Shown here piece after piece: positions 12,294 to 25,894 of a stretch of 64,000 bases of DNA. Below the pieces are notes generated by a model that saw only the letters and a list, made by a program, of their open reading frames with translations, did no database searches and was not told where the DNA came from. Position 1 is the first letter of the stretch; the number at the start of each line of letters is the position of its first letter. The position numbers and the translations under genes are program-made. This DNA is from Takakia lepidozioides (taxonomy: Eukaryota; Plantae; Bryophyta). The stretch covers positions 18,166,001-18,230,000 of the forward strand of contig CM060734.1 in assembly GCA_030704615.1 (NCBI GenBank). The letters run 5' to 3'.

Positions 12294-12423
12294 ACATGCC
12301 TACAATCTCAACTCTCCAAGGTCAAAAAACAAAACAAGCCGTGACAAGCAAAGGTACATCAACACTTACATCATAATGTAGAGTTTTACCTTTTAGCTAC
12401 ACATAAGCTCTGGTAATGGAAAG

Positions 12424-14900
12424 ATGAGGCCAATGAAGGGACCTCAAGCCTCCATTCCACATCCCTGCTGTGCATACCCTGCAAGCACATCATATTGCAC
12501 TCCACGACACCACATATCGTTCAGCCATAGTGTTGAACACTCCCTTTGCATCCTAGATGCACCCACATCTTGCAAACATGTCCACCATGATATTGTTCAG
12601 AATGTCATCTGGTACAATTCGAGCTCTAAAGATGTCGCCATGCATTTCCTTCCCCATTTCCAAAGCTGCCAGGGTAGTGTTCAGATTGACATTTGGCACA
12701 ATTCCAGCTTTGATGATATCCGCATGCACCTCTTGCCCTTCTCCAGGGTTCCCAGGCTTGCACGCACATTGCAAATGTACACAAACATGATGTGCTTCCC
12801 CCATCATTTGCTCATAGCTCTCCAAAGCCTCCATCCCACGTCCCTGCCGTGCATACCCTGCAAGCATTGCACTCCACGACACCACATCTCGTTCAGCCAT
12901 AGTTTCGAACACTCCCTTTGCATCCTAGATGCACCCACATTTTGCAAACATGTTCACCAGGGTATTGTTCAAAATGACATCTGGTACAATTCCAGTTCTG
13001 AAGATGTCGCCATGGACCTCTTTCCCCTTTTCCAAAGCTGCCAGGGCAGTGTTCAGATTGACATTTGGCACAATTCCAGCTTTGATGTTATCCCCATGCA
13101 CCTATTGTCCTTCTCCAGGGCTGCCAAGCTTGCACAAGCATTGCAAATGCATGACACAAACATAATGTGCTTCCCCCATCCTTTGCTCATAGCTCTCCAA
13201 AGCCTCCATCCCACGTCCCTGCCGTGCATACCCTGCAAGCATCGCACTTCATGACACCACATCTCGTTCAGCCATAGTGTCGAACGCTCCCTTTGCATCC
13301 TAGATGCACCCACATTTTGCATACATGTCCACCAGGGTATGGTTCAGAATGACATTTGGTACAATTCCAGCTCTGAAGATGTCGCCATGGACCTCTTTCC
13401 CCTTTTCCAGAGCTGCCAGGGCAGTGTTCATAATGACATTTGGTACAATTCCAGCTTTGATGATACCCCATGCACCTCTTTGCCCTTGTCTAGGGCTCAA
13501 TGCACCCACATTTTGCATACATGTTCACTAGGATATGATTCAGAATGACATTTGGTACAATTCCAGCTCTGAAGATGTCGCCATGGACCTCTTTCCCCTT
13601 TTCCAGAGCTGCCAGGGCAGTGTTCATAATGACATTTGGTAAAATTCCAGCTTTGATGATACCCCATGCACCTCTTTGCCCTTGTCCAGGCTCGATGCAC
13701 CCACATTTCCAGCTTTGATGATAGCCCCATGCACCTCTTTGCCCTTGTCTAGGGCTGCCAGGCTTGCACAAGCATTGCAAATGCACAGTGTCGGCTTCAC
13801 CCCCTCCCCCATCATTTGATCATAGGTCTCCAACCTCTATCCCACGTCCCTGTTGTGCATACCTTGCAAGCAGCAATGCCCAAAGTGTCCACAACCCCCT
13901 CTCATTTTGATAGCCATAGAATCGAAAACTCCCTTTGCCCAAGCCTCAATGCATCCAACATTTGGGCATACATGTCTAGGTCAGGGCAGTGTTCAGAATG
14001 ACATCTGGTGCAATTCCAGCTTTGACCGATGTCACATGGACCTCGTTCCCCTTTTCCAGGCTTGCACACGCATTGCAAATACATACAAACGCGATGTGGT
14101 TGGGCTTCACCCCTTTGTGCATCATTTGCTCACAGGTCTCCAAAGCATTCGTACCACGCCCAGTAATTCTGCCAACATTATATTCCACGTGATCAAAGAT
14201 CATTGAGGCATTTTGTGTTGAACACTTGTGATCATCCATGATGCTCCCTTAACATACATGTGACAAGGTTGGTGAGTAGAGAAAAACGTTCGTCGTGAAT
14301 CCACTTTGGACAATGTGAGTGTGCACTTGCTTTCCAACTTCTAGGCCTTTCATCTTGATGCACTTGGGCAAGACACACATACGTATCTACATCTGCTGAA
14401 ATGCCTCTTTGGTTTAAAGTCTGTAGAGCCTCTTTCAGTCTGCCTACCTCATAAAGCATCTTCACATGCCCATAAGCGCCAGAAGAGTTTATCAACTGTG
14501 GCGCTACAGCTGCTGCTTCCAGCTAACCATCTACCCATGGAGGTTTCTTGTAGCTATCCTTCCACAGGGATCCATAGGTAATCTGGAGCTTGAAATCCGA
14601 CCCTCTTGGATGAATATGACCCACACTCTATCCTGCTCCTTCAGCTATCACTGCCTCTGCACAAATCATGCATACATCCTTGCCTTGCTGCCAATGCGAT
14701 CATCGCACTCCACGACACCACATCTCGTTGAGCCACAGTCGAACACTACCTTTGCATCTTCAATGCTCCCGCATTCGGCATACATGTCCATCACGGCGGT
14801 GTTCAGAATGGCAAACCCTACAATTCCAGCTTTCACGATGTCACCATGGACCTTCCATGTCATTTCCAGGTGGAGGCAGTACATATTAAAATATGCAAGC
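12424..14900 (-). pseudogene. Degenerate PLS-class pentatricopeptide repeat (PPR) gene with internal tandem duplications
   Basis: Repeated MFETMAERDVVSWSAMLAGYARQGRGMEAL, GKEVHGDIFRAGIVPNVILNHTLVDMYAKCG and VKPNHIAFVCICNACASL. N-terminal-type LYEVGRLKEALQTL...ADVDTYVCL. Many frameshifts; ~365-bp and ~183-bp repeat units. Confidence 0.9.
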
Positions 14901-15273
14901 CCCCAAGGCCAGATTTTGTTTGCCTGTTCTCGTGAAACACACGTCAGCAAATGTGGCCCCGAATCACGGGTGCAATCAATGCGTAGTGGTTCATGGAGTC
15001 GTTTAGTCGACTATAATTCACTTTAATGATAAATATCTTTATTCCATTAATCGAAATGTGAATGAAAATTTCTAGTCGCATGTGCAGTAATTAGAACCAC
15101 TTGTAATTTATGCTTTTTCAAATTTTATGTATTTACGTAATTAATTAAATAGCCCGGATTTTTACTACGACTCCGGGGTCGTTGACCCCACTTCTGCCCG
15201 CCGTCTGAATGCCCCGGTGGGCCCACATTGTCCGTTTCAACTCTCCAGTAGTCCCGCTTACTGCCAAGTGGTT

Positions 15274-16010
15274 TGTCGCGCACCTCACTTCGGTAAGCTC
15301 CCCTTCAAGTCATAGTTACTCGCTTCGATGCGCGCGCCTGACTCCCAACCTGGCCACCCGGGCCAACTTGGAGCTTCGGCTGCTCACCGGGACATAACGG
15401 CCCCCTTCGCTTCCCACTAAACCCTCCACCTATTTGGGACTAGGAGAAATTCCCTTGGTAGATGGCAGTCCGGAACAGCTCCCCACTCTTTGGTCGCTTT
15501 CCGGCTCACTCGCTTACTCACTAGTTTTTGGTCACCAACGGGCTTGCACCGTTCTCGGGGTCACTACTCCCTTTATATATACTTCTGTAGCTGTCCGCGG
15601 GGGTTTCACAACCAGCCATGCCATTTTATGGCGAACCACCACGAAAACCCTCGACTCCCGGTGATGAGTCGCGGTGAGTCTTGGCCCACACCACGGCCCC
15701 TATGGACCGTGATGAGTCCCAAGACTCCCACGACTCCCACCACGAGGTCTCCGCCCCCATGGTGAGTCCTATGCCACCCCCACTAGTCCCGCTAAGCTAC
15801 CACCACCCCTTGTGGAGCCACCCCTTGTGGAGCCACCCCCACCGCAACCCGGTGTGCGGGGCTCCACCTAGTGAGCGCCTCCGCTTCCCTGAGTGCCTTG
15901 GGCACTCAAGGGTGCTTCAGCCCCCCATACCTATCGCTGCCATTGCCCCCACCACAAGGGCAGCCCTCGTGTGTCCCGACCCCCTGCCCTCAAGGCAAAG
16001 GGCCGCGACA
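15274..16010 (-). repeat. 3' LTR (737 bp), preceded on the minus strand by PPT GGTAGGGGTGTG
   Basis: TG...CA ends; homologous to 20822-20892 (inverted) plus 21500-22181. Confidence 0.95.
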
Positions 16011-19000
16011 CACACCCCTACCAACAGGGAGTCGATGTCCTCATCGACTTGTCCATTTTGTAAGAAACGAACATCCAAGTTGTGGCGTCCCACATCAAGG
16101 AGTTTGTTTCCGTACCATGGCGTCCCATGGCCAAAGAACCAAACCCCACACTTGACTCTACTCTCCACTAGCTAGTTCGGCCGACTTCCTTCCAAGTCCG
16201 GCCAAGGGTGGAGCCTCTCCAGCTCCTCCCAGTGCACTCTTCTTGGCCTACTTCAAGGCCAAGGAACGATCCTCCCCGAGGATCGAATCGCCTTACTGCA
16301 ACAACATTGCTTGCGACCGCTCATGATGCCGCTTTTGGCATCACCTTGAGCAAGGTTCCCTGGAACCCTCTTTGACTAGGAAGATAACCTTGAACCAACC
16401 GTACGCCCCAATCACTACAATTGGGTCCGCCTTGGAATGCTGGCCTGAGTTACGGGAAACGCCGAAGTCGCACTACGACTTTGTCCCGAGGCTACACGAT
16501 TATAGTACGTGAACGTTAAGCACGTAGCTTCCGCGTTAGCCCGCACTACAAGGCAACCCCTCGGTAGCGCAGTTATAGTACGCGCACGCGCCAGGTGCGC
16601 ACTAGCACGTGAATTCCCAAAGAAGTCGCAAGTTTCCTTGTCCCTTGGTGGGGGTCACCCGATTTTGCACTACGCAAAACACACGATAACCCAATTTACC
16701 CTCCCACTTTTATAAGCTAGCATGCATTCTACACACTAGCAAACCAACCATGCATCACCATTCCAAACAAAATAGGACGCACAACATTTGGAACCCATTT
16801 CTTTATAACAAATTTTTGTACAATACAAGTTTTTGAATCGGATTCCTAAGCTAGCTAAGCCGGGCTAAGCATTGCATTTCCTCCCCCACGCTCCAAGGTT
16901 GATGTCCCATCAACGCTTCTTTTCCGCTTTTGAGGTCGCCCTTCGAAAGCTGCAACCGCCTCAGATGCGTTTCCCATTTCTGAGGCACGCACCAAGATGC
17001 TTCCACATGATGATAGCCCTTCCTTTTGACGAGATACTCCGTTTCTCGGTTCTTGAACCTCCTCGACTTAAGTATTGCCTCCACCTCGTACTCAGGTTCA
17101 TTTTCATGTGTCCAACAACATAGGTGGCGGACGCAACACTTGATGCCGATTCGGACGCGCTTCATCTTTGAAGTAAGGCTACAAAAGGGAGACATGGAAT
17201 ACTGGGTGCACCTTGCTGTTTGCCGGCAGCTCCAATTCATACACATCCTCATTCATAACCTCCGAATGCGAAAGGGTCCTGCATACGGAGGTACGAACTT
17301 CGGACTCACTTCTGGAGGTAGTCAAAAATTCTTGATGTTCAACCAGACCTCTGTGCCTGCCTCAAACTTCACTTCCCTCCGCTTCCGATTCGCCTGTCTT
17401 TCATACGTTTCCTAGCTTGGCAATGTTGTACTTTGCGAGCTTCAACAAACGCTCGTGTTCTTCCAGTACCGCCGCTACTGCCGGTCCTCAACGTCCTGGG
17501 CGGCCCAACTGTTGGCACCAGAGGTGCTTTTCCATAGACCAATACGAAAGGGGGAACTCCGTTGCGGAGTGTTCTGTTATTATAACAGAACTCTGCCGCG
17601 TCTAAGTGTTCCACCCAGTCTGTTGGTCTGCCGACACGTAATTCCGCAAGATCTGCTTCACTACGGAATTCACCCTTTCTGTTGCCGTCGGTCGTAGGTC
17701 GGAAGGCGGTGCTATCTTCAGCCTCGTCCAATCTTCTTCCAAAGTGCCCTCCAAATTTACTCGTAAATTGGATCGCGGTCCGAGACAATATCCTTGGGGA
17801 CTCCCTGATGCTTTAAGACGTGGGTGAAGTAAAGTCGCCCTGTCTCCTGCGCCGTTGCCGTCTCCTGGTGGGGATGGAAAGGGCCCATTTTACTGAACCT
17901 ATCCACCACCACCATGATTTGGCATCGAATCCTTTTTGACAGCGGCATAGCAGTCATGAAATCCATCGAGACGCTTTCCCAAGTCCCCTCTGGAATTGGC
18001 AAGGTTTGTAACAGCCCCGCGTGCTTTTTGTACTCGCTCTGGTTTTGTTGGCATGTAGTGCATGTCTTGACATACTCCTCTGCCTCCTCCCTCAGTTTGG
18101 GGCCAGAAAATACTCTTTCTCACGAGTGACGCAGTGCGCTTGGCTCCGCCGTGGCCCGCAAGCGGGCTATCATGGCATTCTCTCAAGAGGCTATCTCGGA
18201 TCCCTCCCTTCGGCACGTAGAGACGTTTTGCTTATACCGGGAGTCCATTTTGCAAGTGGAACTGCGATTTAACCCCCCATCCTCAAGTCCTGCATCACGG
18301 ACTTCGCCAGCTCATCCTTCGGCAAGCCTTCCGGATCTTCCTTTGGAGCGCCGTCTCGCCCTTGTACACCAACAAGAGCTGCTGCTTTCTACTTAAAGCA
18401 TCGGCCACCACGTTGTCTCGTCCCGTTTGTACTGGATATCCACGTCGAACACCGCCAAAGTATCTTGCCACCTAAGTTGTTTTGGGGACAACTTGGGCTG
18501 CGTGGCAAAATACTTCACCGTGACATTGTCCGTGAACACCTTCACTGGGTTGGAACCAACATAGTGGCGCCAAAGCTCAAGACAATGCACCACCGCCTTC
18601 ATCTCTTTCTCGTGCGTCGGCCACCGTCGCTCCACTTCATTCAGTTTCTTACTTTCGTAAGCCACTGGACGTCCATCTTGCATCAGTACACCCCCCAATC
18701 GCGAAGTCCGACGCATCTGTGTGTATCTCGACGGACGATCGAACTCCGGGATTTTCAAGACTGGAGCTTCCCTCCGCCATCCTGCTTTAATTCAGCAAAA
18801 GCTTGGCCACAAAGGTGTTCCATGCCCAGACTTTAGATTTACACAGAAGGTCTGACAGCGGCCCCGCAATCTTGGCGAAATTTCTCACATACTTCCGGTA
18901 ATAGGAGGCGAGTCCTAGGAAGGATCGCACTCCCCCCGGGACCGAAGTCGGAGGCTCCCAGTCCAAGATCGCCCTCACCTTCTGTCATCTCATTTTGATC

Positions 19001-20894
19001 CCATCCTGTGTAATCACATGCCCTTGGAACTCCACTTTGTGACCCCGAATTCGCACTTTGAAGCTTTGGCATACAGCTTCCCTTCCCGCAATTTTTGGAA
19101 CACCCTTTTCAGGTGCTCCAGGTGCTCCTCCTTTGTTTTCGAGTACACCAAGATGTCGTCGATGTACACGATCACAAAGTCATCCAACCACTCCTGGAAA
19201 AGGCTGTTCATCAGCGTGCTAAATGTCGCTGGTGCATTGGTGAGCCCAAATGGCATCACCAAGAACTCATATGAACCATACCTTGTCCTGCACCGCGGTC
19301 TTCTCCTCCTCTCCTTCCGCCACCCGTTGAATTTGGTGATAGCCGGAGCGCAAGTCGATCCGGCTGAAATACTTCGCTCCTGCCAACCGATCGAAGAGGT
19401 CGTCGATCCTGGCAAAGGGTACCGGTTTTTGATAGTCACCTTATTCAGAGCCCTGTAATCGACACACATCCGCAGCGTCCCATCCTTCTTGTCTGCAATA
19501 GCACCGGGGCTCCGTAAGGTGACTTACTCGGCCAGATGTACCCCTTTGACATTAGATCCTTGAGCTGAGTCTTCAGCTCGACCAACTCTCTGTGGCTCAA
19601 CCGGTAGGGTGCCTTGGCAGGCGGTTCCGATCCCGGTATCAACCTCAATCTTGTGGTCAACTCCTCTTCGCGGTGGCAAGCCGCTTGGTAAATCCTCCGG
19701 CATCACATCCTGGTATTTCTCCAAAATCCCCTTGATCCAATTTGGGCTCGGCTCCCCATCGCCTTCTCCTTTCACTTCTCTAATGTAAAGCAAAAATTGG
19801 GCTCGTGTGCCTCCTCCACGGCCCACTCCTTTGCTGACAGAAGGTTTATTCGCCCTCCCACGGATTTGGGCGTTTCCGACACTCGTAAAACCCCTCGCCA
19901 CCATTCCCACATGACAGCGTGACTACTCTCTTGCGCCATCTATGACCGCTCCGGATTTGCTCAAAAAGGTCATCCCCAAAATGAGATCCATCCATCGATC
20001 TCGATAGATGGTGAAGTTCTCACGTCCCTCCCAACTCCCCAATGCCCCCCGTCACTTGTCGGGAGTCCCACTTTCGCGCCGCCGCCGGCGTCATGAAGGA
20101 GTGCGACGCTCCTGTGTCCACCACAACGACACGTTAGTTCCGGATATTATCCCCCTCCATGAACAATAACTGACTCCCTTTACTACGCATGGGGGCGCCA
20201 GTTTCTGATACAACTCACAAGATAGTTGCCTACCTTGCAGTCCTGGGCGACCACCGCTTCCACCAAGCGACTGATGGTATCTTCCGACCGCTCCGTGGTT
20301 GCCCGAGTCATGTTCAATTGTCGAGGTTTGTGCACTTCTTGGCCATGTGCCGGGCTCCCCGCATTGAAACACCTCCATCAAAGGTCGCCTTTTGTCCGCC
20401 ATAGCCGCTCCACCCGCTTTTTTTCCTTTCGAAGCAGCCCTCCCTCGATTTCCACGTGCCATTGTCCCGCGTGGCCTATCCCACTTCTTTCCGGTCGGGA
20501 GAGTCACCTTCCCGCCGGTCATCTTCTTGTGGTTCAGCTCCGTACGGCCTTGTCTCTCACCCCTAGAGACATCTGAGAAACATTCAGCCCTCTTCAATTG
20601 CCTCGTTCAAAGTCTTGGGTGGCTTCTCCTTCAACTTCCGCCTTGCCCATGGGGCCAGTCCCCGCCACAAAGTTGAAACCATTTCTGGTTCTGCCATGTC
20701 CCTCGACTTCGAGCAAAACAACAGCACATTGAAAGCTTGGACATACCCCGAATGTCATCTGTTTTGCTTCAAATTCCTCATCTTGTCCCGGGCAAGCCAG
20801 GACGCGTTGAGGGGCACAAACGGGAGTCAGGCGTGCGCATCGAAGCGAGTAACTATGATTGAAGGGGAGCTTACCGAATGAGGGGCGCGACACT

Positions 20895-20906
20895 TGGTAT
20901 CAGAGC
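20895..20906 (+). promoter_or_regulatory. Primer-binding site (tRNA-iMet) of the Gypsy element, inside the inverted segment
   Basis: TGGTATCAGAGC, 2 nt after the LTR end CGCGACA at 20892. Confidence 0.9.
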
Positions 20907-21499
20907 TTAGAGTTCAGTACGCGATCGTCCCTTGGGATTGTTGGCCTCATCATGGGGTCGGGCAAGCCAAGCGAAAAGCGGAACGGCCCAAAAGATGATT
21001 ATCCTGGTGAGCCCGATGGGGCGACGTGTCACCGAACGGGGCCGTTTGAGGAAGCCGACGCAGGTTCTGAAAGCCCGCTCAAGAGCGGGAGGAATCGAGG
21101 AGTCGGAGCCCGAGGAAATTCCGTGAGAGCTCCGACCGACCAACATATGTCTCCCATGCCGGCAGCCTTTTTGGGAAGGGTTGTTGGCCGCAGTTTTGGC
21201 GGGACCTTTGAAAGACGTGTTTAAGGCGGCTAATGCCACTTCCACTAAGGCAAAGTTTAAGGTGAATCCTAAGGAACCCGGCACCTTCGAGGGCGCTCCA
21301 AAATTCGGAAGGCACTCACCCCTGGCTCCTGGAGCTAGAGCAGTACTTCCGGGTGGCCAAGTTGAGTGACGAGGATCGGGTGGAAGTGGCTCCCACCTAT
21401 TGAGGGGCTTATGCTCAACAATGGTGGCAGAAACGCCTTCTCACGACCGAGGCCAAGCCTGGAACCTTGAACTGGAGTGGGTTCAGGATTGATGAAGAG

Positions 21500-22181
21500 A
21501 ACCTGGCCACCCGGGCCAACTTGGGAGCTTCGGCTGCTCACCAAACATAACGGTCCCCCTTCGCTTCCCACTAAACCCTCCCCCCACCCGATTTGGACTA
21601 GGAGAATTCCCTTTGGTAATGGCAGTCCGGAACAGCTCCATCTCTTTTGGGGTCGCTTTCCGGCTCGCTCGCTTACCTACTCACTAGTTTTGGTCACCAA
21701 CGGGCTTGCACCGTTCTCGGGGTCACTACTCCCCTTATATATACTTCTGTAGCTGTCCGCGTGGGTTTCACAACCAGCCATGCCATTTTATGGCGAACCA
21801 CCACGAAAACCCTCGACTTCCCGGTGATGAGTCGCGGTGAGTCTTGGCCCACTCACCACGGCCCCTATGGAACCGTGATGGTCCCGCGACTCCCCACGAC
21901 TCCCACCACGAGGTCTCCGCCCCCATGGTGAGTCCTATGCCACCCCCCTAAGTCCCGCTAAGCTACCACCACCCCTTGTGGATCCACCCCCCCCGCAACC
22001 CGGTGTGCGGGGGCTCCACCTAGTGAGCGCCTCCGCTTCCCTGAGTGCCTTTGGCACTCCAGGGTGCTTCAGGTTCAGCCCCCCCATACCTATCGCTGTG
22101 CTGCCAGCTGCCCCCACCACAAGGGCAGCCCCTGGTTTGTCCCGACCCCCGCCCCCTGCTCTCAGGCAAAGGGCCGCGACA
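21500..22181 (-). repeat. 5' LTR, main part; its last 71 bp are displaced to 20822-20892 by the inversion
   Basis: Colinear with 15347-16010 apart from small indels. Confidence 0.93.
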
Positions 22182-22509
22182 TGGTTCCTGGAGTGGATGG
22201 CGGACACCCCCAGTCGATTTGGCAAAGACAACTAATGCTTCTAGTGATATATCAAATCCCTTCTCCATCTCCCCATCCACCCTATTATTCAGGATATTTT
22301 TGCAGCATTTCCTTTCATCTCGCAAGACATTTTATCTGCCACGCTAAATACCCTTACATATCTACCATGTTATCAACCGACCATCCACACGCCACAATGT
22401 GACAACACACCACAGTGTGCCAATGCAGCGCCCGCTCTACACCAACCTACACCACCGCCACTCTCTTATATCCCAGACAACCCACAAGACAACCTTATAG
22501 ACCAACCCT

Positions 22510-23690
22510 TAATATGCCTTACGTGGAATGTGGGATCCATTGCCTCCAGCTTGCCAACCCTGTCACTCATTCTCCAAAACTCAAACCCTCCCCATATTAT
22601 TCTACTCCAAGAAACCAAACTCAAATCGCACTCGCCCAATACATATATCAACAGAATACTGCTTGACCACCACATCATCTATGGGAGCCCCCCATCGCCA
22701 GGAAAATATAATAGACGACGCTCACTACCATATCAGCCGGCTCGGGGACATTTATATATGCCCTCTCACCTAGACGATATAGCCCTTACCCCTAATATTC
22801 TACAACAAATTGTGATCTTTGCTAACAACCCACTTCACTCCTTATCTACAATCCTCCTTGCATGTGACTTCAACAGAGACATTTCTATGCTGGGCAGATT
22901 ACATGACGGTGTACACTTCCCTCCATCTCTAAAAGACATAGAATGGACAACCTTCACCCAAACACATGAATTCCAATACATCACTACAAACCAGGCTTTC
23001 TCCAGGCAAGGAGGACTAAACTATACCTCGCATAGCCTCATTGATGGGTACTACCTTAAAATGCCTAGGAACAACCCCACACAACTGTATAGTACAATCC
23101 TGTATGATCCCATATATAACTCTGACCATTACCCAGTTATCCTCCGCATCGCCGCGCATATAGTACCTATAGGTCCAGTCCTAAATGGCCCTTCGCTAGA
23201 CACAAGGCCACGTATTCCCACTCCTATTCCCCCCTCCTCTATTCTGGCATTCCAAGCCAAGTTTCGATCCATTTCCGGTACAGTTTTATCTGATTTTGAA
23301 ACAATACTAGATCGATATTCAGCAAACCCCACCTTTCAAATTTGGGAAGACGCAAGCTCCAAGCTAGAACAAATATTCACTCAAATTACAGAATCCACGT
23401 TACATACATGCACAAAGTTCCCTGATCCAGTACAAACTGAACGATAAAAAATAAACGGAGGATACTTGACAAGAACCCAACAGAGAAAATGGCAAGCACA
23501 ATTAAATATCCACCACAAAATCCGCAAAGCTATTACAATCCTCTCATTTGACCCACGAGACCCCCAATGGAGACATACCCCACCTATTATGGACCTAAAC
23601 ACACTAGCAGCTTGCAGTACAGATTTCCCTATACCCCAAAATGATGCAGACATACATACATGGCATATCTCTCTCCCGAATTGGTTGAGA
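22510..23690 (+). mobile_element. LINE fragment: apurinic-type (APE) endonuclease, truncated downstream
   Basis: LTWNVG...IILLQETKL...LLACDFN...IDGYYL...SDHYPV. The upstream reading frame (15150-15273 joined to 22187-22235) is split by the Gypsy insertion. Confidence 0.85.
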
Positions 23691-25894
23691 TGGCTTGCAT
23701 TTGGGCCTGCAAGTTTGATAAAGGATTAAGATGCAGATGACTTCTTTAGGGTTTGTGGAGTGAGGGGGGAGGTGTTCCTGTAGATGACATATGGTTATGA
23801 GAGGCTGGTGTTGGTTAGTTATCAAAGTAGTTATTTCTGGGAATATTTGTGGTGTTTGATGTATATTCAGGGCCTTTTCCTGAGTATGTGTGGTGTGTCT
23901 GAATTTGAGAGAGCATGGAATGGGACCTGTAGCGCGCGGATGCCCAATTCACAGAGGCGATGTGTTTTTACATGCTTCTACTTTGAAGGGAGTTGAGTGG
24001 CAAATGTCGTGTTTTGGTGGCTGTGGGACAGTAAGAAAATTTGGTTACATGCCTTTGTTCCGTCAATACAACATCTGTACAGTTATAGGCGAGCGTGGAT
24101 TTATGTTTTGGTACTGTGATTGCAGTGCCAATATTATGAAGAGGGGGGAGTAATTTTAATTTGGGGCACTGTTGACAGCTACAATGGGGGCAGGAGGTGA
24201 CCCAATATATAAGATGGCAAGAGGTAGCTGGGTTTTGTTGAGTAGCAGCTATAGTATGAACAAAGATATGGTAAGATACAGATGAGATAGTGGGATCTGA
24301 GGTGTCTTGTGTGACCTGTGGGTTATGGTGAGTGTAAGGGCTCAAATAGTATTGAGATTCGGGGCTAGGGTTTACAACGTATCTGATGGCCATTGTTATA
24401 ACATTTTCCACTGTCAGTGGAGTGTTTGGCACTAATTGCTTTTTATAAAATTGGCCGTTTAGTGTGTGTAAATGGTGTGTAGCATAGTCATATGATCTGA
24501 TTAATGTGGGGGGTTTTGTGTGGATGCAGCTTTCACCACCAAGTATTGTATCTTCTATGGTGGGCCAAGGTAGTAGGGATGTTACACTATTCAGGCACAA
24601 CGGGCCATATGTATTAAACAAGGGTTGCTTGGCACTTACCATTTGCATACATGAATTTGGGGGAGTAGCAGCAAAGGTAATTTGTGGACCGAGTTTTGGT
24701 GAGCAGAAATGTCTATGTTCGGGTTTGTTATTTTCTTGTGGGGTAATGCTAGATGTGATGTAGGAAGGTTTTGGTAAGTTCATGTGTCAAAGTTGTTGAT
24801 CCGGGTGGATATATGAAAGGGATCTTGCTGGGAGTCTGATACATGGCATAGTATAAAGTAGAGCAGTGAGAGAGTGTGATTAATTTGGTGTTGTGCAGCT
24901 AGGGGGAGCAGCCTGCAGTGTACAGATAATATTTAGCGAAGTTGATCAAGTGCCAAGAGGATCTCTCTATAACATTTAATGTGGCAGAGGGGTGTTTTGA
25001 TCTTGTACTTGGTGTTAGATGGCAGTATACTTTATTTGCTGACTGGGGTTGTGCGGTTTTGGTTGAGGTAAGATGGTGCGCGCATTTCCTTGTTCGAGAG
25101 GGTGGGTGGGGAAATAGGTGAAATGCTAAGAGGGTGCAAGGCAAGCAACATCAATCTTTTGGCATATGTAAAACGTGGGGAGGGCGTGGTTATTAATTCC
25201 ATTGTTGCCAATAAGTTGTGGTGGAAACTTTGGTATTCCCTGGATGGCTTGTCTATGGCCCAAAGAACAAAGGTTTTGCAATCTCATAGTGTTTGTACGT
25301 GTGCTTTGCAAAGTTCATAGATGGGCATTTTGTTACCGTTTGGCTTATGGGGCGATATTCTCTACTAGCATGATGTGGGCTGTGGGTGTAGTTTGATTTC
25401 ATAGATTTAGGGAAAAGTTGAAGGTGGCTGTGGGGTGCAGATATCTGCTTATGGGACCCATCTGTGTGAGGGGGCAGTCTTAATATGCGGCAGCAAAGGC
25501 ACCTGCAGTGTAGTGGGAGTCTCAGAAAGTTGTTTTCAAGTTTGTGAATAGGGTGAGTCAACTTCTTGGTTTTGGTGTAAATGCCTATCATCTGAGCTTG
25601 CTGTTGGGGATGTGGAGTTAGTGTGGTATATAGTATTTGTGTTTGGCAGCATATATACACTACACTAGGTGTGTGTAGTGTGTGGGGATTCAAGGCAGTC
25701 ATGTGCATTGACAGTGTAGTTTGGTTGTAGGCTTGGTGGTTTTTTGGGGTGTTGTTTGATTTGTGAAGCAGAAGCTACCTTGACTAGGGTGTGGGCTGAT
25801 GGTGTGACACAGGACAAGATAATGAGGGCCAGAGCTGGCTGTTTGAGACTGCCCAGTGAATGGGGGCATTATAGTTGTGTGGTAGTATTGGCAA

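Larger units (their letters stand above)
15274..22181 (-). mobile_element. Ty3/Gypsy chromovirus LTR retrotransposon, full length
   Basis: LTRs with TGTCGCG...CGCGACA ends and TSD TGGTT (15269-15273, 22182-22186). Domains: gag CCHC knuckle (~20330-20380), protease (~20100), RT (CVDYRAL...YIDD, 19014-19660), RNase H (18393-18758), integrase (17369-18216), chromodomain (EYEVEAILKSR...YLVKRKGY, ~16990-17100). Many frameshifts. Confidence 0.97.

Noticed and set aside
12424-13254. 276-aa plus-strand repetitive ORF as a novel protein
   Set aside because: It is the antisense shadow of the PPR repeats.
15274-16876. A 1.6-kb LTR
   Set aside because: The TGGTT TSD and CGCGACA terminus fix the LTR at 737 bp (15274-16010).
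20895-21499. A second, independent plus-strand retrotransposon
   Set aside because: Re-inversion restores the same element's LTR and gag frame.
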